Assembly (NCBI GenBank): GCA_044450345.1
Contig: JBIOIY010000052.1
Coordinates: 1 to 21,509 of the forward strand
Reading direction: 5' to 3'
Origin: Thermodesulfovibrionales bacterium
Lineage (GTDB): Bacteria; Nitrospirota; Thermodesulfovibrionia; Thermodesulfovibrionales; UBA6898
Length of the DNA stretch: 21,509 bases
Made by a program: the position numbers and the translations under genes
Notes under the pieces: generated by a model
Told to the model about the DNA's origin: nothing
What the model saw: only the letters and a program-made list of their open reading frames with translations
Databases searched by the model: none
Shown here: piece by piece, positions 1 through 6,712 of the stretch
Layout of the letters: every line of letters begins with the position of its first letter
How positions within the stretch are numbered: position 1 is the stretch's first letter

Positions 1-1
1 G

Positions 2-154
2 TGCGAGCGCGGTTGCCCTGCCGATGCGAAGGGCCTTGTTTCGAAAGGCTTCAAAGACTTTGAGCTGCAATATATAGAGGGCGGTATACTTTCGGCCCGA
101 AGATCGATCGGGGACGGCAGGCTTTTCTATCTCAAGATGTTTCCTGATTTCTAA
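2..154 (+). CDS. 3' end of a CDS entering from outside the window (hypothetical; ...CERGCPADAKGLVSKGFKDFELQYIEGGILSARRSIGDGRLFYLKMFPDF*)
   Basis: Frame open from the window edge to TAA at 152-154; converges on hsp20 with a hairpin between them. No family recognised. Confidence 0.55.
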   Translation, partial: CERGCPADAKGLVSKGFKDFELQYIEGGILSARRSIGDGRLFYLKMFPDF

Positions 155-184
155 TCTGCCATCTCCATTGCGCATCAAAAAGGC

Positions 185-215
185 AAAAACCCCCCGGCAA
201 AAGAGCCTGCCGGGG
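185..215 (-). terminator. Rho-independent terminator of hsp20
   Basis: 8-bp stem CCCCGGCA (192-199) / TGCCGGGG (208-215), followed on the minus strand by a T-tract (A-run 185-189); starts 11 nt after the hsp20 stop. Confidence 0.8.
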
Positions 216-226
216 ACGTTGAAAAA

Positions 227-709
227 TCATTCGATCGGGATAGGCTTGCTCATTCTCTCTGCTTCAGGAGATTTCGGTATCTTTATTTCGAGAACGCCGT
301 TCTCAAAATGCGCCTTGGCTTTATCGATGTCCAGGCCCTCAGGCAGTTGGAAACTCCTCGAGAACTTGCCGTATGTGGTTTCATACCTGTAATAGTTTGC
401 CTTCTCTACCTTCTCTTCTTTGCTTTTTTCCCCTGAAATTGTCAGCAAGTCGTGCGTGACATCCAGCTTAATGTCATTCTTTTTTACGCCGGGGATATCG
501 CATTTTACCACAAGCTCATGATCGGTCTCATACATATCGACAGACGGCGAAAACTCTTCAAGTTCCGTTGTTCTTGTTCCCGCCCAAAAAGGCGCCCTGA
601 ACGCCGAAAACGGCCTTCTCCACATCTCTTCGAACCATCTTTCCATATCTTCGATCGGAGCGAGCAGTCTCGTCGGCTCGGATTTTACCAGTTCTTTCGT
701 GCCTTTCAT
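227..709 (-). CDS. hsp20: Hsp20/alpha-crystallin family small heat shock protein
   Basis: Motifs PSVDMYE..DIPGV..LTISGEK..YGKFSRSFQLP..AHFENGVLEIKIPK. Start moved from the TTG at 733 to ATG 709, which follows SD-like AAAGGGGGTG. Confidence 0.95.
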   Translation of the reverse strand: MKGTKELVKSEPTRLLAPIEDMERWFEEMWRRPFSAFRAPFWAGTRTTELEEFSPSVDMYETDHELVVKCDIPGVKKNDIKLDVTHDLLTISGEKSKEEKVEKANYYRYETTYGKFSRSFQLPEGLDIDKAKAHFENGVLEIKIPKSPEAERMSKPIPIE

Positions 710-988
710 CGTTAACACCCCCTTTCCGGTCAATACATACCCTTATCTTCAGCTTATTACGCAAGCAGGAAAATTTCAAAAGCCTGAATTGCATTTTTTG
801 GCTGAAAAAGGGCCAATAAAAAGAGTTTTCAGGGAGAAAAAGTCCCGACTTTCAAGATAGATTATCGGGGAATTGTTTTACTCATTCAGGCTATTCGGGA
901 CACTTCTAGGGCAATATCCCGGCCTCCCGGAGGAGCTCCGCAGGGTGATGAGGAAAGCGGCCGAAAACCAGAAATAACCTGCCGGCGC

Positions 989-1017
989 TTGACTTCCTCA
1001 CCTATTTGCGCTATTTT
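989..1017 (+). promoter_or_regulatory. Sigma70-type promoter (TTGACT-17 nt-TATTTT), probably giving a leaderless mRNA
   Basis: -35 at 989-994, -10 at 1012-1017; GTG start at 1025 lies 7 nt after the -10 and has no SD. Confidence 0.6.
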
Positions 1018-1024
1018 TTAGAAA

Positions 1025-1273
1025 GTGGACACTACTTCAAAAATAGCCGTAATTATCGGCCTTTTTTCTTTGACGGTGATGATTAATCTGTTGTTCGGCC
1101 ATCTCAGAAACCGGACGAAGAAATTTTCGCTTAACTGGTTCCTGTGCATACATTTGCCTATTCCGCTTATCTTCTTTGCAAGGGTCTCTTCTCATCTTGG
1201 TTTCCAATATGTCCCGATCTTTGTTGTCGCTGCGCTCACCGGTCAGATCATCGGCGGAAAGATAGAGTTCTAA
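1025..1273 (+). CDS. Small membrane protein of unknown function (about 3 hydrophobic segments)
   Basis: 82 aa with a FGxLRxxxxKFSxxWFLxIHLPIP pattern typical of a conserved hypothetical family; own promoter; 3 nt before the next gene. Confidence 0.8.
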   Translation: MDTTSKIAVIIGLFSLTVMINLLFGHLRNRTKKFSLNWFLCIHLPIPLIFFARVSSHLGFQYVPIFVVAALTGQIIGGKIEF

Positions 1274-1276
1274 CCA

Positions 1277-2293
1277 ATGCTCTCTGCAATCTTAACGAGA
1301 CCCGGTGAAATAGAGCTCCAGGAAACAGCTATCCCGGAGCCCTGCGAAGGGGAACTCCTCATAGAGGTAAAGTCATCCCTGACCTGCGGGACCGACCTTA
1401 AGGCGTTCATAAGGGGCCATACCTTTATCCCGATGCCGGGGCCTTTCGGACACGAATTTTCCGGCATTGTGGCCGAAAAGGGCAAAGGCGCGGCCAAGTT
1501 CAATGTCGGAGATTCCATTATGGGGGTCCACAGTGCACCATGTCTTAACTGCTCATATTGCAGAAAAGGACTTTTTAACATTTGTGAAAACCTGATGTCG
1601 ACCAAGGCGCTTGGCGCTTTTTCGGAATATCTCCTGCTTCCCAAGCACGTCGTCAAACAAAATGTCTTCAAGAAGCCAAAAGCCATGGGCTTCAGCGAGG
1701 CTGCGTTCCTGGAGCCTCTCGCCTGTGTGGTCCACGGCATGGAGCCGCTAGGGATAAAGAAAAATGATACGGTTTTCATCATCGGAGCGGGGCCCATCGG
1801 CCTCCTTCACCTGATCCTTGCGAAATCAAAAGGGGCGACGGTCCTGATAACCGGTCTGGAGGAAGAAAGGCTGAAGACCGCCAAAAAACTCGGGGCAGAC
1901 TTTGTTTTCGACCCTTCTCAAGCCGTAAAATCGGTGCGCGATTTTACAGAAGGCATCGGTGCGGATTTCATATTTGAATGCACCGGACAGCCCGACATAT
2001 GGGAGGCCGCTGTGGAGTATGTACGAAAGGGAGGGAGTGTCGTCCTCTTCGGCGGGTGCAAGAGCGGAGCCATCGTCAAGTTTAATGCCGAGAGGCTCCA
2101 CTATGACGAGATAACCCTTAAGGGCACCTTTCACTTTACTCCTCATGATGTGGCAACAGCCTTCGGCCTTCTCACTGAGAAGAAGATCAATGTGAGAAAA
2201 TTGATATCCGGGACATATCCGCTCAAGGATATCAGGGAGGTGTTTGCGAAACTTGCCAAGGGCGACGGGATTAAATATGCCCTGACGCCGTAA
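1277..2293 (+). CDS. Zn-dependent medium-chain dehydrogenase/reductase, polyol/sorbitol dehydrogenase-like (paralog 1)
   Basis: Catalytic Zn ligands CGTD, GHE, EP; structural Zn CxxCxxCx7C; Rossmann GAGPIG. Confidence 0.93.
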   Translation: MLSAILTRPGEIELQETAIPEPCEGELLIEVKSSLTCGTDLKAFIRGHTFIPMPGPFGHEFSGIVAEKGKGAAKFNVGDSIMGVHSAPCLNCSYCRKGLFNICENLMSTKALGAFSEYLLLPKHVVKQNVFKKPKAMGFSEAAFLEPLACVVHGMEPLGIKKNDTVFIIGAGPIGLLHLILAKSKGATVLITGLEEERLKTAKKLGADFVFDPSQAVKSVRDFTEGIGADFIFECTGQPDIWEAAVEYVRKGGSVVLFGGCKSGAIVKFNAERLHYDEITLKGTFHFTPHDVATAFGLLTEKKINVRKLISGTYPLKDIREVFAKLAKGDGIKYALTP

Positions 2294-2308
2294 ATAGCGC
2301 TCTGAGCC

Positions 2309-3208
2309 CTAACCTTTACCTTTTGCTCTGATTATCTCCTGCATCCGACGGGCGTTCCTTATGGCCGATGCGCCATGACAATTGTTGAACATCGCAAAGA
2401 CCACACTTATCTTTTCGTTTGCCGCAAGGAGAGGGGGAATAAATTCCTTAAGTTCTTCTTCGGAATAAAGGTAGTCGTAACGGAGTGAGGTCTCTAGTCC
2501 CTTTTTGAGCCAATTCTCCTTGTTTCTGCCATGGAACCTGAAATAAGCGGTATCGGTAGAAGCCATAGGAAAAAATGGAACGGTTGCAAGATTTCCGTAC
2601 TGCGGCTCGTCTGCCGGCACGTAAGTTATCCCGTGTCCCCTTAGGAAATCCATGACTGTCTCTCTGTTTCCTGGGGAAAGCCAACTGCCATGTCTGAATT
2701 CGACTGCCGCACGCAGGCCATTTATGAGAGACACGCGGCCGACTATATGGTCAAGGTTTCCTTCTGTGTAATGAAGCCAGGGGGGGAACTGGAACACGAC
2801 GACGCCGAGTTTCCCGGCCCCTGTGAGAGGCGCCAGGGACCCCGTAAACCTTCGGCCGATAATCTGCAGCAGTTCCGGGTCCTTGATATATACGTATTTC
2901 TTGTCCCTGTCCGCGGAAGGGAGGGCACTGATGACCTCTGCCGGAAGTGTCTTTGGATCAACTCCGTGGCCTGTGAGCGCCCCGAAGGCCTTAACATGGA
3001 ATATGAAATTCCCCGGAGTTCTTTCTGCCCATACCATTGCATTTTTTACATCAGGGATCGCATAGTAGCTGGAATCGACCTCGACCGTATCGAATGATGC
3101 TGCGTAATACCTAAGCCTGTCTTCTGCGGATTTTACCTCTTTCGGATAAAATTCTCCGCTCTTGATGAGTGTCTTCTCTGTCCATGAACAGGTGCCGATA
3201 TGGATCAT
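2309..3208 (-). CDS. DUF72 (YecE/YunF-like) protein
   Basis: Motifs IGTCSW, TVEVDSSYY, FHVKA, FQFPPW, VEFRH, YFRFHGRN, YDYLY, FNN. Confidence 0.92.
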   Translation of the reverse strand: MIHIGTCSWTEKTLIKSGEFYPKEVKSAEDRLRYYAASFDTVEVDSSYYAIPDVKNAMVWAERTPGNFIFHVKAFGALTGHGVDPKTLPAEVISALPSADRDKKYVYIKDPELLQIIGRRFTGSLAPLTGAGKLGVVVFQFPPWLHYTEGNLDHIVGRVSLINGLRAAVEFRHGSWLSPGNRETVMDFLRGHGITYVPADEPQYGNLATVPFFPMASTDTAYFRFHGRNKENWLKKGLETSLRYDYLYSEEELKEFIPPLLAANEKISVVFAMFNNCHGASAIRNARRMQEIIRAKGKG

Positions 3209-3223
3209 GTTGTAATAAGGTGG

Positions 3224-3286
3224 TCACCGAAGCAAGCCGGTGGGCTTTCGGGTAGCAGCGTCAGTGTCAGTCGTTATCGGCGCCAT
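3224..3286 (-). CDS. Putative 20-aa leader ORF (MAPITTDTDAATRKPTGLLR*) upstream of, and in frame with, DUF72
   Basis: SD GAGGA (3296-3292) 5 nt before ATG 3286; extended -10 just upstream; TGA at 3226-3224. Confidence 0.3.
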   Translation of the reverse strand: MAPITTDTDAATRKPTGLLR

Positions 3287-3302
3287 GGCTGTCCTCAGGG
3301 CT

Positions 3303-3311
3303 ATTTTATCA
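3303..3311 (-). promoter_or_regulatory. Extended -10 promoter TGaTAAAAT for the DUF72 transcript
   Basis: Reverse complement of 3303-3311 reads TGATAAAAT. Confidence 0.5.
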
Positions 3312-3332
3312 TAATCGGCAAAAGATCCCGTT

Positions 3333-3367
3333 ACCCCGTTAGAAGACCTTCGACCTTCTAACGGGGT
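3333..3367. repeat. Palindromic REP-like element ACCCCGTTAGAAG-N9-CTTCTAACGGGGT
   Basis: Perfect 13-bp inverted repeat (3333-3345 / 3355-3367) with a 9-nt loop, located between divergently oriented genes. Confidence 0.75.
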
Positions 3368-3398
3368 TTACTTTTCGCAGAGATTAAAGTTGGGCGCT

Positions 3399-3539
3399 AT
3401 GGCTGCCCCTATCAGACCCATTGGTCCTATTGATGTATGTGGGAAAATAAGTGAGATAAAATGGGTTCCAGAGGAAAAGGGCAAGGGGATTCCAGGGATG
3501 TCAGGTTCCGCAGGGCATGACCGAACAAGGCTCGTGTAG
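3399..3539 (+). pseudogene. Probable gene remnant or small ORF (MAAPIRPIGPIDVCGKISEIKWVPEEKGKGIPGMSGSAGHDRTRLV*)
   Basis: 46-codon ORF with protein-like composition; the frame is open from 3315 through the palindrome; no SD. Confidence 0.35.
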
Positions 3540-3629
3540 ATGAGAAGCAAGAGTTCTTCCTGGACTCCGGGAATGGCGGCTTCTTGAAATAGGTAGAGAA
3601 GCCCTGGAAGCACTACATGAGGACGGAAA

Positions 3630-3638
3630 TGCTAAAAT
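3630..3638 (+). promoter_or_regulatory. Extended -10 promoter TGcTAAAAT for the dehydrogenase 2-cupin unit
   Basis: TG 3630-3631, TAAAAT 3633-3638; ATG 11 nt downstream; no SD. Confidence 0.55.
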
Positions 3639-3649
3639 AAAACCTATAA

Positions 3650-4675
3650 ATGAAGGTCGCGAGATTATACAGTTTTAATGATATCCGCATTGAGGATATC
3701 CCTGTCCCGGAGGTCGGGCCGGGCGACGCCCTGATAAAGACAAAGGCCTGCGGGATTTGTTCGGGCGACGTGATGCCATGGTATATAGAAAAAAAGGCGC
3801 CGCTCGTCCTCGGCCATGAACCGGCGGGAGAGGTCGTGGAAGTCGGCAAAGAGGTCCGCTCCTTTAAGAGAGGCGACAGGGTCTTTACCCACCACCACGC
3901 TCCCTGCTTCACCTGCAGGTTCTGCAGACGCGGGGACTACGTGCAATGCGACACGTGGAAAAATTCGCGCATCATTCCCGGCGGGGTCTCGGAATACATC
4001 CTCGTTCCCCCCGTGAATCTTGAAAACGATACGATACTTATTCCTGAGAATATGGGTTTTGAGGACGCGGCCCTGATTGAACCTGTTGCCTGCGTCCTGA
4101 AGGGCCTGAAAAGGGCTCGGATCAGGCGCGGCGATACCGTACTGGTCATCGGACTGGGCGTAATGGGCATGGTCAATATAATGGCGGCGAAGCACTTTGG
4201 CGCCGGCAGGGTCATAGGGGCCGACATGGTGAAATTCAGGCTCGATAAAGCCGGTGAATTCGGGGCCGATGAGGTCATTAATGTTTCGACTATCGAACTT
4301 TGTGCAGGACTCAGAGACGTTACAAAAGGGGAGATGGCCGAACTTGTAGTTGTTGGGCCGAACAGCGCCGCTGCCATGGTGCAGGGGTTGAGGTGCGTCC
4401 GGCCGGGCGGCCAAGTGCTCTTTTTTACGCCGGCGAAGCCCGGCGAGATGATCTCGATAGATCCCAACCTTCTTTATTTTAATGATATCAATATCATAAC
4501 CAGTTATTCCTGCGGGCCGTCAGATACCGCCGACGCCTGTGAACTGATAGGCAAGGGGATTGTGTCGGCGAAAAAGGTAGTGACACATAGATTTCCGGTA
4601 GAGAAGACGGAGGAGGCGTTCAGGCTTACTTCTGCGCCGGGTGACTCACTGAAGGCATTGATCGTATTCGATTAA
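3650..4675 (+). CDS. Zn-dependent medium-chain dehydrogenase/reductase, polyol/sorbitol dehydrogenase-like (paralog 2)
   Basis: CSGD, GHE, CFTCRFCx7C, EP, GLGVMG; Asp after beta-2 (IGAD) suggests NAD(H). Confidence 0.93.
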   Translation: MKVARLYSFNDIRIEDIPVPEVGPGDALIKTKACGICSGDVMPWYIEKKAPLVLGHEPAGEVVEVGKEVRSFKRGDRVFTHHHAPCFTCRFCRRGDYVQCDTWKNSRIIPGGVSEYILVPPVNLENDTILIPENMGFEDAALIEPVACVLKGLKRARIRRGDTVLVIGLGVMGMVNIMAAKHFGAGRVIGADMVKFRLDKAGEFGADEVINVSTIELCAGLRDVTKGEMAELVVVGPNSAAAMVQGLRCVRPGGQVLFFTPAKPGEMISIDPNLLYFNDINIITSYSCGPSDTADACELIGKGIVSAKKVVTHRFPVEKTEEAFRLTSAPGDSLKALIVFD

Positions 4676-4708
4676 GCAGACCCATGGTCTGAGGAGATAA
4701 AAAACGTA

Positions 4709-5176
4709 ATGAAAAAAAATCCGGCAAGGCAGGCGTCGTTTTGTGAAGTAGTCAGCACAGGAAAGGGAGTGCGGAAAAAGACGAACAGTTCCGCTTTTTA
4801 CAAGCATAAGGGCGACATGAACTGGCGCGGCGTTGCGGACGAACCCTACAAGACCGTGACCGGAGGATGGTCAAATATCATAAGACGGGTGTTGATCGGC
4901 GCCCGCGGGGAATCAGCGAAGTTCCACGTCCGGTATTTCGAAATTGCACCTGGCGGCGCCAGCAGCCTTGAGAGACATAGGCATGAGCATGTGGTCATAT
5001 GCGTGAAAGGTGAAGGCATTGTCAGGACCGGGAAGGCAAGGAGGAAGATGGGATTTATGGATACCCTCTATATTTCTCCCGACGCCATCCATCAGCTTTC
5101 GAACCCCTTTAAGGTCCCCTTCGGTTTTTTTTGTATAGTCAATGCCAGAAGGGACAAACCAGAGGTCCTTACTTAG
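4709..5176 (+). CDS. Cupin_2 domain protein, resembling R. rubrum 1-methylthio-xylulose-5-phosphate methylsulfurylase
   Basis: WRGV..PYK, RYFEIAPGGASSLERHRHEH, P..IHQ, GFFCIVNARRDKP. The cupin fold is secure; the subfamily match is from recalled sequence. Confidence 0.85.
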   Translation: MKKNPARQASFCEVVSTGKGVRKKTNSSAFYKHKGDMNWRGVADEPYKTVTGGWSNIIRRVLIGARGESAKFHVRYFEIAPGGASSLERHRHEHVVICVKGEGIVRTGKARRKMGFMDTLYISPDAIHQLSNPFKVPFGFFCIVNARRDKPEVLT

Positions 5177-5198
5177 GCCTTACATGCCCGCAACTCCC

Positions 5199-5228
5199 TT
5201 GTTTTATCTCAAAAAGATATTCTATTAT
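5199..5228 (+). promoter_or_regulatory. Putative sigma70 promoter (TTGTTT-18 nt-TATTAT) for resB-ccsA
   Basis: Hexamers at 5199-5204 and 5223-5228; SD GAGGGGAG before ATG 5258. Confidence 0.35.
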
Positions 5229-5257
5229 ATCGAACTAATGTTGAGGGGAGCCGTTTA

Positions 5258-6712
5258 ATGGAAAAGAAAAAAAACAAGTCGATAATAGACAAGATAATAG
5301 ATCCCGTCTGGGACCTTTTTGCGTCGGTCAAGTCCGCCGTCGTCATTTTTTCTCTCATCGCGCTGACATCGATGGTAGGGACGGTCCTCGAACAGAACGC
5401 CGAGCCTGAGAAGAATATCAAGATACTTGTAAAGATGTTCGGTGTGGAGCATGAGACTGCACACAGCATATACGGAGTCTTTGACAGCCTCGGGTTCATG
5501 AATATGTACCACTCCTGGTGGTTTGTTACATTCCTGCTCCTCTTTGCCGCAAACCTGATCATCTGCTCACTCGACAGGCTCCCCAGGATAATTAAGCTGG
5601 TCCGGGAAAATATCAGGCCGCTTTCGCAGGAGCATCTCGAAAAGATGTCCATAAGAAGAAGTCTTCAGATGAAAGGTAAGGCATCGGCTATCAAGGGTGA
5701 TGTGGCCTCCTCGATCGTTAAGATTGGATTCAAGCCGTCCGAATCCCCTGCAGAAAATGGGTTCCAGTTCTGTGCAGAAAAGGGAAATTTCACGAGACTG
5801 GGCGTATATATCACTCATCTCAGCATTCTGATAATCCTCGCGGGGGCTATTATAGGCCTGAAATTCGGGTTTAACGCGTCCCTCAACCTCCCGGAGGGGC
5901 GGACTTCTTCGGTTGCATACAAGGACAGGGGAACCGAAGTGCCGCTCGGGTTCGAACTCAGATGTGACAACTTCGAGGTGGAATATTACGGTGACAGCGA
6001 CATGCCTAAGTCATATAAGAGCTGGCTTACAGTGCTTAAGGACGGCAGGGAGGTTCTGAAAAAAGTCATATCGGTAAACGATCCGCTTTCCTATGGGGGC
6101 ATTACCCTTTACCAGTCCAGCTACGGCTCCTTGCAGGAGAATATGAACAACGGCATACTTGTGCTCCGGGTGGTTTCCCGTGACGGAAAGAGCAGCCAGA
6201 TCAATACACGCATAGGGGGGACATTTACGATGCCGGGCTCCGCAGGAGAAGGGCGTATAGCGAATTTTAGCCCTGCCCTCTCTTTTGATCAGTCAGGCCG
6301 GGCCTTTACCTATGACGCGGGTTTAAAAAACCCGGCGATATTTGTAGAATTGCCTGACGTTGGGGGTAAACCCTATTCCGGGTGGATATTAAAAAGATAT
6401 CCGCAGACCTGGCGTCTGCCCGATGGAAGCAGCGTGGAGTTCCTTGACTATTGGGGGGTAGAATATACCGGGTTACAGGTGAGAAGAGACCCCGGCGTCT
6501 TGATCGTGTATCTTGGATGCATTATCATGGCGGCAGGTCTTTATATAACGTTCTTTATGAGCCATAAGAGGCTCTGGGTGAACGTGGCTGAGGAAAAGGG
6601 CGCTGCAAAAATTTTGATCGGCGCCTCCGCTAACAGAAACAGGGCGGCCTTTGAACGGGACATAGAAAAGCTGACTGGCCTTCTCGGTGAAGGCCACAAA
6701 GGGGGAAGATAG
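5258..6712 (+). CDS. resB: Cytochrome c biogenesis protein ResB (Ccs1 family, system II)
   Basis: N-terminal TM helices with GTVLEQ, MYHSWWF, NLIICSLDR; YITH heme ligand; large periplasmic domain with VNDPL and YQSSY; C-terminal TGLQVRRDPG plus TM. Confidence 0.93.
   Translation: MEKKKNKSIIDKIIDPVWDLFASVKSAVVIFSLIALTSMVGTVLEQNAEPEKNIKILVKMFGVEHETAHSIYGVFDSLGFMNMYHSWWFVTFLLLFAANLIICSLDRLPRIIKLVRENIRPLSQEHLEKMSIRRSLQMKGKASAIKGDVASSIVKIGFKPSESPAENGFQFCAEKGNFTRLGVYITHLSILIILAGAIIGLKFGFNASLNLPEGRTSSVAYKDRGTEVPLGFELRCDNFEVEYYGDSDMPKSYKSWLTVLKDGREVLKKVISVNDPLSYGGITLYQSSYGSLQENMNNGILVLRVVSRDGKSSQINTRIGGTFTMPGSAGEGRIANFSPALSFDQSGRAFTYDAGLKNPAIFVELPDVGGKPYSGWILKRYPQTWRLPDGSSVEFLDYWGVEYTGLQVRRDPGVLIVYLGCIIMAAGLYITFFMSHKRLWVNVAEEKGAAKILIGASANRNRAAFERDIEKLTGLLGEGHKGGR

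Noticed and set aside
3224..3226. In-frame TGA upstream of DUF72 as a selenocysteine codon
   Set aside because: No SECIS-like hairpin immediately 3' of the UGA, no redox motif context, and the DUF72 family start matches ATG 3208.
3368..3613. 81-aa minus-strand ORF in the DUF72-dehydrogenase gap
   Set aside because: No SD or motif; it is largely the antisense of the more protein-like plus-strand remnant at 3399-3539.
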